Shown: in pieces, positions 34,766 to 44,226 of the stretch
How the letters are laid out: every line of letters starts with the position of its first letter
How positions within the stretch are numbered: the first letter of the stretch is position 1
Assembly (NCBI GenBank): GCA_964607805.1
Contig: CAZSLF010000001.1
Coordinates: forward strand, 12,811-76,810
DNA: 64,000 nt
Direction of reading: 5' to 3'
From: an uncultured Candidatus Saccharibacteria bacterium
GTDB taxonomy: Bacteria > Patescibacteriota > Minisyncoccia > Phycocordibacterales > CAIZLB01
Translations under genes and position numbers: made by a program
The notes under the pieces: generated by a model
What the model was told of the DNA's origin: nothing
The model's database searches: none
What the model saw: the letters and a program-made list of their open reading frames with translations, nothing else

Positions 34766-35443
34766 ATGCAAGAACCCTCGGATAAACCTATAAATAAGCC
34801 TAAAAAAGATCATTTTTGGAGAACAATATCTATTTTCGTCTTCTTTGTAGCCATATTACGACTTTTCGTAATGGACCCTTTCCTCGTCCATGGCAGCTCT
34901 ATGGACCCCACTTTCGATGAAGGAAATTATGTAATTGTGGACAAGTTCACGTACAAAATATCCGATCCAAAACGTGGAGATGTAATTGTATTCGATGCTC
35001 CGACTGATGATAATCGATATTTTATCAAGCGAGTAATCGGACTTCCTGGCGAAAGAATTGTTGTCGACGGATCCATTGTCCAAATATTTAATACTGAATA
35101 TCCAAATGGTTTTGTGATTAATGAACCATATGTTGTGCACGAAAGCGAAAGAAAAGCGCAAGTCACTCTAAAGCCCGATGAATATTTTGTTATGGGTGAT
35201 AATCGTGAAGTGAGTTCTGATTCTAGAATCTGGGGACCGCTTAGCCGAGAAGCAATTACTGGAAGAGCCCTGGTCAGATTGCTACCAGTTCAAAATATAT
35301 CCGTTTTTCCTGGAAATATAAGCCATTTTCCAACAAAAATATATCCAGGAGACAATCCAGCCGATATGCGAAAGGAAAATACGTCCACCCAAGCCCCACT
35401 ACCATCGACCGACTCAACTTTAGAACCAAAAAAGACACTCTAG
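34766..35443 (+). CDS. lepB: Signal peptidase I
   Basis: Catalytic Ser box GSSMDPTF, Lys box KRVIGLPGE, GDNREVSSDSR, and an N-terminal TM anchor. Confidence 0.92.
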   Translation: MQEPSDKPINKPKKDHFWRTISIFVFFVAILRLFVMDPFLVHGSSMDPTFDEGNYVIVDKFTYKISDPKRGDVIVFDAPTDDNRYFIKRVIGLPGERIVVDGSIVQIFNTEYPNGFVINEPYVVHESERKAQVTLKPDEYFVMGDNREVSSDSRIWGPLSREAITGRALVRLLPVQNISVFPGNISHFPTKIYPGDNPADMRKENTSTQAPLPSTDSTLEPKKTL

Positions 35444-35563
35444 TCTCAGACAGCTAAAATAGGTATATTTATAGCCCTAAAACCACAATCCTTCAAAAAC
35501 TGACCAACCCTACCCCTTGCCCTTTAATGAAAACATGTTAATCTAACGGAAATTTGCTAATCT

Positions 35564-37030
35564 ATGGCTAAAAAACAAGATAAAAAAAGCTCAAAACCCA
35601 CTCAGTCTGTATCAACACCCCTAAAATCTGCCCATCCAACAAAACCTACAAAGACGACTAAATCTACGTCTAAAGCAGTAATTTCTGCCCCTGTTAAAGC
35701 TAAGAAAGCACCAAAACCACCTAAAAATGTTAAGAGTTCTCATCACGGAGAATCATCTAGTCACACAGTTGAAAGTGGAAAGATCGACATGCTTTCAACA
35801 AAAGTTGGTGGAAAGAAGTCGGGTAAAAAAGAGATCAAATTACCATCAAATATTTATAAAGGACATGTAAGTTGTGTTCGAACCGCAAAACATTATGGTT
35901 TTGTGCCTTTTGAATTTTCTGTTGAAAAATCTGATACTGCAAAGGCAAAAAATCTAAAAGATAAACATACAAAAACAAATACGGGCGATATTCTAAATTT
36001 TGATAATTTTATGGAGGAAAAAGTTTCTATCCTTCGAAATTATATTGATAAGAATATGTCAGAGATTCATCAGCCACCAACTATTTGTTATAGTGGACCG
36101 CTAAAAGGCAATTCCCTATCTGATAAAACAAAAGAACATGTTTTCAATATTGATAGTATTGGAAATAGTAAAAGTATTGCCGATGCTGTAGTAATAGAAA
36201 CAGCGTATGTAATTCTTAAGGAAAACCATGATATGGATCAATTTATCGTGGAAATTAACTCTGTGGGAGATAAGGATTCATTTGCAAGGTTTACTCGTGA
36301 ATTTGTTCAGTATTACAAGAAGCATCTTCCCGAATTACCAGCTGATTTGAGACAGATTTTCAAGAAAGATCCTTTTCTATTCGTAGGATCTGAACATGAA
36401 GCCCTGATTCCCTTTCGAGATGAAGCACCGAAGCCAATCGACTTTTTATCTGAGGATAGCAGAGCGCATTTTAGAGAAGTTTTAGAGTATCTTGAATCTT
36501 TAGGTCTTCCTTATTTTATAAATGAAGCTCTCGTTGGCACAAGAAATTGTTCAACAGGAACTGTATTCCAAATTATCGGTATCGAGGAGCGAGCTAAAGG
36601 TGAAAAAAGAACAACTCTAGCGATTGGTGAAAGATATAATAGCGTGGCAAGAAAAGCCTTTGGTAAAAAAGAAATTCCAGCAATTGGAGCGCATATTTTA
36701 GTAGATGATAAAGAAGCAAAAAAATCTGACACTGTTATTATGGAAGAAGATATTAAATTCTACTTTATTCACCTTGGATATGAAGCAAAACTTCGAAGTT
36801 TGTCTATTTTAGAGCTCCTTCGAACGGCTAAAATCTCAGTTCACCAGGCTTTGGCTAAAGACAAGATTACTGTTCAATTACAGGCTGCAGAAAAGCTTGC
36901 TGTGCCATATATCCTTCTAGTTGGTCAGAAAGAAGCTATTGAAAATAGCGTTACAGTGCGCCACGTAGAGACTAGAATCCAGGAAACTGTGCCAGTTGCC
37001 GCCCTTATTGAGTATCTTAAGAAACTGTGA
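35564..37030 (+). CDS. Histidyl-tRNA synthetase-like protein (HisS/HisZ family), divergent, with Lys/Pro/Thr/Ser-rich N-terminal extension
   Basis: C-terminal HGTP anticodon-binding-like domain (KFYFIHLGYEAK...VPYILLVGQKEAIENSVTVRHVET) and a motif-3-like GERYNSVARKAFGKKEIPAIGAHI. The motif-2 region lacks the expected R..E...GR.REF.Q residues. Confidence 0.6.
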   Translation: MAKKQDKKSSKPTQSVSTPLKSAHPTKPTKTTKSTSKAVISAPVKAKKAPKPPKNVKSSHHGESSSHTVESGKIDMLSTKVGGKKSGKKEIKLPSNIYKGHVSCVRTAKHYGFVPFEFSVEKSDTAKAKNLKDKHTKTNTGDILNFDNFMEEKVSILRNYIDKNMSEIHQPPTICYSGPLKGNSLSDKTKEHVFNIDSIGNSKSIADAVVIETAYVILKENHDMDQFIVEINSVGDKDSFARFTREFVQYYKKHLPELPADLRQIFKKDPFLFVGSEHEALIPFRDEAPKPIDFLSEDSRAHFREVLEYLESLGLPYFINEALVGTRNCSTGTVFQIIGIEERAKGEKRTTLAIGERYNSVARKAFGKKEIPAIGAHILVDDKEAKKSDTVIMEEDIKFYFIHLGYEAKLRSLSILELLRTAKISVHQALAKDKITVQLQAAEKLAVPYILLVGQKEAIENSVTVRHVETRIQETVPVAALIEYLKKL

Positions 37031-37043
37031 TAGAGTATCTGCC

Positions 37044-37283
37044 ATGATTAACGTATCAGTAGAACGAAACCAAAACGAAAGCGCATCCGCTGTGATTCGC
37101 CGATTTACAAAGCGAGTTCAGGACTCAGGGATTCTTCCTCGTGTTCGATCTCTAAAGAACGCTGAAAGAACTCTTTCTCATTACAAGAAAAAGAAAGCTA
37201 CTCTTGAAGTGTTGAAGCGACGAGCTGACACTATGAAGCTTATAAAGCTTGGAAAATTTGTAAAAGGTAGCAAAAAGCGATAA
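37044..37283 (+). CDS. rpsU: 30S ribosomal protein S21
   Basis: ORF trimmed to MINVSVERNQNESASAVIRRFTKRVQDSGIL..., the typical S21 pattern (...AL.RFKR.....G). 79 aa, basic. Confidence 0.8.
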   Translation: MINVSVERNQNESASAVIRRFTKRVQDSGILPRVRSLKNAERTLSHYKKKKATLEVLKRRADTMKLIKLGKFVKGSKKR

Positions 37284-37304
37284 TTCGCGAATCCTACTAT
37301 TTCT

Positions 37305-37751
37305 ATGAAGATTCTCTTCGAATCAGATTCATTTTCAATAGTATCGAGCCTTAAAAAGAAAAACACGCCTCAAATTGATGGCGTGTTTTTCCATTCTATA
37401 AAAAATTACGCCCTTGGAAAAAAATATAATCTAAGTCTTGTATTCGTTGGTCTTAAAAAGGCTAAAAAGTTGAATATTGCCTATCGTAAGAAGAATTATG
37501 CGCCTGATATTTTAAGTTTTGATTTAGATAAGGAAAATGGCGAAATCTACATATACCCCGCCAAAGTTAAAACTAAAGCGCACGAATTTGAAACGAGTGA
37601 GAAAAACTTTTTGAATTATCTTTTTGTGCATGGTCTTGCGCACTTGCAAGGTTTAGACCACCACACTGAAAAAGACACAACAAAAATGCAAAATTTTGAG
37701 AAAAAAGTGTGTAAAAATTTCAAAATAGACTGCGCAGGTATCCACAACTAA
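37305..37751 (+). CDS. ybeY: rRNA maturation endoribonuclease YbeY
   Basis: Zinc-binding motif HGLAHLQGLDH. 148 aa. Confidence 0.85.
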   Translation: MKILFESDSFSIVSSLKKKNTPQIDGVFFHSIKNYALGKKYNLSLVFVGLKKAKKLNIAYRKKNYAPDILSFDLDKENGEIYIYPAKVKTKAHEFETSEKNFLNYLFVHGLAHLQGLDHHTEKDTTKMQNFEKKVCKNFKIDCAGIHN

Positions 37752-37900
37752 GCTTTCATTGATATATCGGGTTTTAAGTAGTACAATATACTCAAAATAT
37801 TCAGTATTCTGGCTCTTATTTCAGAAATAAATAATTTTTTTATCTTTTCTTTTACTATTTTTAATCTGCGAGAAAATTCACCTCACTACAATATAAATCA

Positions 37901-39094
37901 ATGGCATTTGGTCGCACACATTCTGTAGGAATTGATATCGGTACCGATCAGGTTAAGGTTATTGTTGCTGAATTACCAGAAAAAAGTCATTCTCCTAGAA
38001 TCTTAGGTGCTGGAATTGCAAATATGCGTGGTATGCGCCATGGATATATTACAAATCCAAATGAAGCAGGAAAAAGTATTCGCGCCGCTGTTGAACAAGC
38101 CTCGAAAAATGCAGGAATTCCAATTAAAAAAGCTTTTGTTTCTGTGGGAGGAATTGGTCTTGGCGCGATTATTGCCACAGGATTAGTAAATACTACAAAA
38201 GCTGATTCTGAAATTACAGATCTAGATGTTCGTCGTGCAATTGAGGAAAGTGAAAAAGAATTACCTCATGCATATATACAAAATAGGAAAATAATTCAGA
38301 CGGTTCCGCTTGAATATCGTATTGATGGCAAAAAAGTATTGGGTAAACCACAAGGTTTAAGAGGAGTTCGCCTTGAAGTTCGTGTTTTATATATTACATG
38401 TCAGGCACATCACCTAAGTGATATTTTAGGCGCACTTGAGCATGCGGACGTCGAAGCAATTGATATTATTGCTTCCCCTATTGCATCGAGCATAGTTTCT
38501 TTAAATAAAACACAGAAAATTGCCGGATGTATTTTGGCAAATATTGGTGCCCAAACAACATCTATTATTGTATTCGAAGAAAATACACCAAAATCTTTGG
38601 AAGTTTTTCCTTTTGGTTCGAACGATGTGACAAATGATATTGCACTCGGTCTAAAAGTTGGTCTTGAAGATGCAGAACAAATTAAAATTGGTAATGATCG
38701 CGGTATCGCCTACTCAAAAAAGAAATTGGACGAAATTGTTATCGCCCGTCTTTCAGATATTTTTGATTTAATTGACGATCATTTGAGGAGAATGGATCGC
38801 AGCCGCATGCTCCCCGCAGGAATAGTCCTAACCGGAGGAGGGTCTGGTTTGGCAGATATAGAGGAGTTGGCACGTATGGCTCTCCACTTGCCTTCTAGTC
38901 GTGCAAGACTACCTTTAGAGGGCAATTTAAAGGCTATTAGTAAAGATTATGAATGGTCAGTAGCCTACGGCCTTGCTGTTTTAGGTCTTGGAAATGACGA
39001 TGGCTCTACCCTCGGTGGATTTATGTTTGACGGTGGTGTTGTAAAGAAATTCTTTAAGAGATTTTGGAGCTGGTTGAAGAAGTTTTTGCCTTAA
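37901..39094 (+). CDS. ftsA: Cell division protein FtsA
   Basis: Actin-fold phosphate-1 GIDIGTDQVKVIVAE, VLTGGGSGLADIEELA, and a C-terminal amphipathic tail (KKFFKRFWSWLKKFL). Confidence 0.9.
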   Translation: MAFGRTHSVGIDIGTDQVKVIVAELPEKSHSPRILGAGIANMRGMRHGYITNPNEAGKSIRAAVEQASKNAGIPIKKAFVSVGGIGLGAIIATGLVNTTKADSEITDLDVRRAIEESEKELPHAYIQNRKIIQTVPLEYRIDGKKVLGKPQGLRGVRLEVRVLYITCQAHHLSDILGALEHADVEAIDIIASPIASSIVSLNKTQKIAGCILANIGAQTTSIIVFEENTPKSLEVFPFGSNDVTNDIALGLKVGLEDAEQIKIGNDRGIAYSKKKLDEIVIARLSDIFDLIDDHLRRMDRSRMLPAGIVLTGGGSGLADIEELARMALHLPSSRARLPLEGNLKAISKDYEWSVAYGLAVLGLGNDDGSTLGGFMFDGGVVKKFFKRFWSWLKKFLP

Positions 39095-39096
39095 TA

Positions 39097-40008
39097 CTAA
39101 GCATCCCACTCAGTCCAAATCTTTCCATCAATAGAATACTCAACTTTTTCAATTGTTGGATATTGCAAAAGTGTAGCCTCAATTGGGCCTTTCACAGATC
39201 CTTGTATACATGCTGGGCCATTTAGATATTGCAAAGCACCTGAATCAAAATCAACTATAGCCACTTTATTTTTAATAACTACACTATTGTAAAATGGCAA
39301 AAGACCGTTTGAGTCCTCCGCAAAAATAGCTTTAAGAGATGCATCGGCAATTGCTGCAGTTTTTGGCACATTTCGCTTGAGTGCATAAGTTGCTCGGCAA
39401 TCATTGTTAATTTGTTCCAAATCATGAACAAAAATATTAATTGTCATCAATTCTTTAACAGAATTATCTCCAAGTAATGGTCCGTCAAAAGTTGCAGGAA
39501 TTTCCAAAGTATCAAATACTCCACTTCCTTGAACATCTTCTTCTGTAAATCTAATAATCAGCGGAGTTCCGATTGGAATTTCTCTACTAATTACTTGGAC
39601 CAATTCAGCGTGTACAGCTGTGGTTGTCGCCATCCAATTATCTGCCATAAGTGGAGTTTGAGTTGTTACAGGAATCCAACCAGAATTATTTATATTAGCC
39701 AAAACTTGAACTGTTCCCGCCTGCCCTTCAAATCGAATCCAATTACAGCCTAATTCTTGATATTTAGATACATCTGCAACTCCTGAAATTGTTAGTGGAA
39801 ATTTTACAGCATCACCTGATCGTACTGAAGTGATTTTAAGACCACATTTTTCTGAGAATGGTTTTGTGCTTGCACCATTTCCATCACCATTGCCATTTGG
39901 ATCTAAATTTGATGCTAGTCGCGACTTATTTAATGCGAATATTGCCGAGGCGATAATAATTAGCGCCAATATGCTTAATAATATAGTAGTTTTTTTCATA
40001 TTGTTCAT
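39097..40008 (-). CDS. Secreted protein, possible Gmad2 Ig-like plus GerMN domains
   Basis: 303 aa with an N-terminal anchor. The C-terminal pattern (...VAIVDFDSGALQYLNG...GPIEATLLQYPTIEKVEYSIDGK) resembles GerMN. Family call is tentative. Confidence 0.55.
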   Translation of the reverse strand: MNNMKKTTILLSILALIIIASAIFALNKSRLASNLDPNGNGDGNGASTKPFSEKCGLKITSVRSGDAVKFPLTISGVADVSKYQELGCNWIRFEGQAGTVQVLANINNSGWIPVTTQTPLMADNWMATTTAVHAELVQVISREIPIGTPLIIRFTEEDVQGSGVFDTLEIPATFDGPLLGDNSVKELMTINIFVHDLEQINNDCRATYALKRNVPKTAAIADASLKAIFAEDSNGLLPFYNSVVIKNKVAIVDFDSGALQYLNGPACIQGSVKGPIEATLLQYPTIEKVEYSIDGKIWTEWDA

Positions 40009-40011
40009 ATG

Positions 40012-40040
40012 TTGTCATTATACCATTTACAAAGTACTAT
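40012..40040 (+). promoter_or_regulatory. Sigma70-like promoter
   Basis: TTGTCA at 40012-40017, 17-nt spacer, TACTAT at 40035-40040. Confidence 0.5.
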
Positions 40041-40136
40041 GTCTGTGGCAAAACCGCCGATTCAGACAGAACCTTTCACCAGATTTGGGACCATCCCCCA
40101 TTATCTAAACCATACACACCGCTACCCAACTAAACC

Positions 40137-40937
40137 ATGAACAACGATACTCCTGACGATGCTTCACCAGAAACCCTATTTATAGGGAAAGAGATTCCAG
40201 AGGCCTTGTTCCGTAAACTCTTCCAGCCAATTAGGGACGCTGAAGGAAAACTTGATGTAGCAAAGAAAGCCATGGCTAACGAAATTGAGGCATTTCGACT
40301 CAAGGTAAACTATCAGATCAGTATTAACGGCCTTCCTTTTAGCCACAGGTTGCTATGTCCTCATGTGGCAACTTGCATTGATCAGAACCATCCCTTGATT
40401 TACATCACCCAACTTATTAATGCAGGAGAGTTTCTGTACAAGCTGGAGGAAGAAGGTACATTCGTTATTCTCCTTTTTCCATTTAAAACCAAAAGAATAT
40501 TATTGGGTAAACCGGAAGAAGTGGCTCGCTTCAGAATCACTCTTGGTATTACAAATGGAAAGAAAATAGAAGTCAGAGATGATTTGATTGAATTCCCGTT
40601 CTCTAATCACATGACTTTCGAGACAGGGAATAAATATACTGACTATCCAATGTTGGAAAATTACTCAATCACAGGTCCAGACGCAACCCTCTTTTGGAAG
40701 GCTGTTGGGGGCGGAAAGATTAAGGTACATGCCGAGGAAGCAAGACTTAGCATCGGAACCGAAGAAGGATGCTTGGAATTCGCAAAAGAGCACAAGCTCC
40801 GTACTGGATTACCGTATAACATCAAGGATTGCTTTGAAAGACTGAAATCTCTAGCAGCAGAGAAAGCGAAGGGAGCTTCGCCAAAACCTGGTACGATCGC
40901 GGCGCATATTGCAGCGTATCATCGGACTGCAGAGTAG
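40137..40937 (+). CDS. Hypothetical protein (GC-richer cassette between ftsA and ftsZ)
   Basis: 266-aa ORF with its own promoter, a ~95-nt C/A-rich leader and a terminator. No motif recognised. Confidence 0.65.
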   Translation: MNNDTPDDASPETLFIGKEIPEALFRKLFQPIRDAEGKLDVAKKAMANEIEAFRLKVNYQISINGLPFSHRLLCPHVATCIDQNHPLIYITQLINAGEFLYKLEEEGTFVILLFPFKTKRILLGKPEEVARFRITLGITNGKKIEVRDDLIEFPFSNHMTFETGNKYTDYPMLENYSITGPDATLFWKAVGGGKIKVHAEEARLSIGTEEGCLEFAKEHKLRTGLPYNIKDCFERLKSLAAEKAKGASPKPGTIAAHIAAYHRTAE

Positions 40938-40966
40938 TAGTTGAAATCTTGGCTTATCAGAGCGCG

Positions 40967-40995
40967 GCCGCCCCATGCAATTGGGGCGGCTTTTT
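40967..40995 (+). terminator. Rho-independent terminator
   Basis: gccgcccca (40967-40975) / tggggcggc (40982-40990) followed by ttttt. Confidence 0.8.
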
Positions 40996-41189
40996 GTTTA
41001 CATTAAAAATATAGCAAAACAAAAACACGAATTTAAGGCACGTCAACCCATTTTCTCTATTTCCTCCTCGGGAATTAGTGCTATAATACCTTCATACCCA
41101 CCGTACGCGGACAGAAGGAGTTACTTAGTAACCTTTCTGCTCTTTGCGCACAATTAGATAAACCGAACCCGTAATAACCCAAGAAAAAC

Positions 41190-42503
41190 ATGCCACAGGT
41201 AAAAACAGAAGTAGAAACATTTGCAAGAATTAAAGCTATCGGTGTTGGTGGTTCAGGAAAGAACGCCATTAACCATATGATAAATGCCAAAGTAAAAGGC
41301 ATCGATTTTATTGCTATCAATACAGATGCACAAGATCTGCATCACTCACTTGCAAAAAGAAAAATTCATATTGGAAAAAATCTTACACGTGGTTTAGGTG
41401 CGGGGATGAATCCTGATATTGGAAAAAAAGCTGCTGAAGAAACTAAAGAAGAAATTCAAGAAGCAATTAAAAACGCTGATATGGTTTTCGTAGCTGGTGG
41501 TCTTGGTGGTGGAACTTGTACTGGTGCTGGTCCTGTTGTTGCAAGAATTGCAAAAGAAATGGGTGCCTTAACTGTTGCTGTAGTTACTAAACCTTTTATC
41601 TTCGAAGGTCAGCAGCGTATGCGTCTTGCTGAACAAGGTCTTGAAGAATTGAGTAAAGCAGTTGATGCTCTTGTTGTTATTCCAAACGACAAGCTTTTAG
41701 CTGCAGTTACAAAAGACACTACTGCAAAACATGCTTTCGCTATGTCTGACGAAGTTTTAAAACAAGCAGTTGAAGGTATTTCAGATTTGATTACTACTCC
41801 TGGAGTTGTTGGAAACATTGACTTCGCTGATATTAGAGCAGTTTTGGAAAATGCAGGCTCTGCCCTTATGGGAGTTGGTGTCGCAAGTGGCGAAAAGAGA
41901 GCAGAAGAAGCCGCAAAAGCAGCAATCAGCTCGCCTCTTATCGATGTTTCAATTCATGGAGCCAAAGGTGTTCTATTCTCTATCGCTGGTGGCGATGATC
42001 TAACTATGTGGGAAATCCAAGAAGCAGCTAAGGTAATTACAGATTCAGTTGATCCAAACGCTCGTATTATCTTCGGTACAGTTCGTGACGAACACCTTAA
42101 GAAGAACGAAATCCGAATTACTGTTATTGCTGCAAACTTCCCTCAAGCAGAATTTCGTAGAACTCTTTTTGGTGACGGACGTGGTCCTTCAGCTTTTGGT
42201 CAGCGAGACGAGGATTCAAACTCAGGTTCTACATCAAATATCGGTGGTGGCACTATTACAAGTGGCCAGCAAAGTTCATCTACTCAAATTATTGATCGAG
42301 AAAGAAATCAAATGCCGACTCAAAGCAGCCGCTCTGAATCTCAATCTTCACAAGACAGTGATACTCGTGGAAAGATCTTCAATACTATGTCTCCAAATAG
42401 AATTGATGAAAAGAAAATAGAAGAACCAAAGCCTATTGAAGCTTCACAGGACGATGACTGGAGTGCTGTTCCAGCCTTCCTCCGACGATCTAAGCTTAAG
42501 TAA
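41190..42503 (+). CDS. ftsZ: Cell division protein FtsZ with extended Ser/Gln-rich C-terminal linker
   Basis: [13 protein letters not shown], the tubulin signature [16 protein letters not shown], and a conserved C-terminal peptide [13 protein letters not shown]. Confidence 0.95.
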   Translation: MPQVKTEVETFARIKAIGVGGSGKNAINHMINAKVKGIDFIAINTDAQDLHHSLAKRKIHIGKNLTRGLGAGMNPDIGKKAAEETKEEIQEAIKNADMVFVAGGLGGGTCTGAGPVVARIAKEMGALTVAVVTKPFIFEGQQRMRLAEQGLEELSKAVDALVVIPNDKLLAAVTKDTTAKHAFAMSDEVLKQAVEGISDLITTPGVVGNIDFADIRAVLENAGSALMGVGVASGEKRAEEAAKAAISSPLIDVSIHGAKGVLFSIAGGDDLTMWEIQEAAKVITDSVDPNARIIFGTVRDEHLKKNEIRITVIAANFPQAEFRRTLFGDGRGPSAFGQRDEDSNSGSTSNIGGGTITSGQQSSSTQIIDRERNQMPTQSSRSESQSSQDSDTRGKIFNTMSPNRIDEKKIEEPKPIEASQDDDWSAVPAFLRRSKLK

Positions 42504-42533
42504 CAAAAAAATCCCCGGCCTTAGCGAGGGATT

Positions 42534-42986
42534 TCACTCTTCTTTGTAAAATGGCGCTCTGCCAATTACCTGGAAGCCAACTATATCGATCATATATGGG
42601 ATTATGTGATCTGTAATTCTACTTTTTGCACGTTCTATTGCATATGCAACTTCCCATGGGGTTTTACCATATTCAAGCTCTATCATAGACATGAGTTGAA
42701 TAGCGTATTCTGCAATTTTATTTCCCCGCTTAGACAATGGAATTTTTCTCACTTCAGCAATTACAAGCGAACCTCTACCGCATTCGTTCCTTAAAAGCGG
42801 CGGAACGATTGCAAATCTATGCTCAGAATCTACTTTTGGTTCGAAATCAAGCTCTTGTAACCCTTTAAAGCAAACAATTAAAGAGCTAAGCATCCTGGTA
42901 TTACCCATGAAATCTGGAGTGGCGAACAAGTTAAAAACATAGTTAACCCGCAGGTCAACAGTATAACTTTGATTTAAACTCTTCAT
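42534..42986 (-). CDS. Hypothetical protein
   Basis: ORF 42534..43043 trimmed to MKSLNQSY (ATG at complement 42984-42986). No motif recognised. Confidence 0.5.
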   Translation of the reverse strand: MKSLNQSYTVDLRVNYVFNLFATPDFMGNTRMLSSLIVCFKGLQELDFEPKVDSEHRFAIVPPLLRNECGRGSLVIAEVRKIPLSKRGNKIAEYAIQLMSMIELEYGKTPWEVAYAIERAKSRITDHIIPYMIDIVGFQVIGRAPFYKEE

Positions 42987-43158
42987 ATGGAAAAAATGTT
43001 TGAGTGAAAATGGGTTGAAAAGGTTGGAAATACAAATATTCAATCATTGATCTGCCAGATGACAGGTAATTAGAAAGAACAGCTATGTATAACGGTACAA
43101 CATTATCATAATTAAAGTCAATAACAGCTAACTTCCATAGTTTGATATAATTTTCCTC

Positions 43159-44184
43159 ATGTACGATCTAATCATAATTGGTGGTGGACCTGCTGGCGTT
43201 GCTGCAGGTGTCTATGCCAGCCGAAAAAAATTAAAAACTCTTTTTGTAACGGAGGGCTTTGGTGGCCAAAGTATTGTTTCAGAAGGAATCGAGAATTGGA
43301 TTGGAACAGTTAAAATTTCAGGAGAAGATTTAGCTAAAAATCTCGAGACTCATCTTCGTGCATACGCTGCCGATATTGTTGATATTAAAACTGGTTTTAG
43401 AGTATCTACAGTAGAAAAATTACATATTGAAGGCACTGAAAGTTATGTTTTTAAAGTTACAAAGCAAAAAGGAAAAGGCATGTTGGTAAATGGCACTTGG
43501 ACTATTCTCCCGCCTAAACCAGCCGCAGACGGCTCACCTGCTCCAGAAGCACCAGATGAATCATACCTAGGACGAACAGTATTGATTACTACCGGAAGTT
43601 TGAGACGAAAACTTGAAGCAAAGGGTGCAGATATTTTTGAACATAAAGGAGTGACATATTGTGCCACTTGTGACGGACCGATGTTTACTGATCAAGACGT
43701 AGTAGTGGTTGGTGGTGGAAACGCCGCTTTTGAAAGTGCAGCACAGCTAGCTGCGTACTGTAAATCAGTAACAATTATAAATCGAAGCAAAGTTTTTCGC
43801 GCTGATCCAGTAACAGTTGAAAAAATATTAGCAAAACCAAACGTCAAAGCAATTACAGAAGCTGTAATCGAGGAAGTAAAAGGTTCAACTTTTGTTGAAG
43901 GAATTACATACAAGGATTTATCCGACGATACAATCAAACACCTCGATACAACAGGAATTTTCGTTGAAATTGGTATGCTTCCAAATACTGGTTATGTAAA
44001 AGATTTAGTTGAACTCGATGAATATAACAAAGTAAAAATTGATCACAGAACTCAGGCCACATCTCTACCAGGTGTTTGGGCGGCTGGAGACTGTACTGAC
44101 GGTTTATATCACCAGAACAATATTGCGGCAGGAGACGCTGTTAAGGCCTTGGAGGATATATATGTATATTTGAGTAAGAAGTAG
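43159..44184 (+). CDS. trxB: Thioredoxin-disulfide reductase
   Basis: FAD motif IIIGGGPAGVAAGVYASR, redox-active CATCDG, NADPH motif VVVVGGGNAAFESA, and GVWAAGDC. It has a ~35-aa insertion (KGKGMLVNGTWTILPPKPAADGSPAPEAPDE) relative to typical TrxB. Confidence 0.9.
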   Translation: MYDLIIIGGGPAGVAAGVYASRKKLKTLFVTEGFGGQSIVSEGIENWIGTVKISGEDLAKNLETHLRAYAADIVDIKTGFRVSTVEKLHIEGTESYVFKVTKQKGKGMLVNGTWTILPPKPAADGSPAPEAPDESYLGRTVLITTGSLRRKLEAKGADIFEHKGVTYCATCDGPMFTDQDVVVVGGGNAAFESAAQLAAYCKSVTIINRSKVFRADPVTVEKILAKPNVKAITEAVIEEVKGSTFVEGITYKDLSDDTIKHLDTTGIFVEIGMLPNTGYVKDLVELDEYNKVKIDHRTQATSLPGVWAAGDCTDGLYHQNNIAAGDAVKALEDIYVYLSKK

Positions 44185-44226
44185 ACCTGTTGTCATATAG
44201 ACAAAACAGGTATAGAGTGGTGGTAT

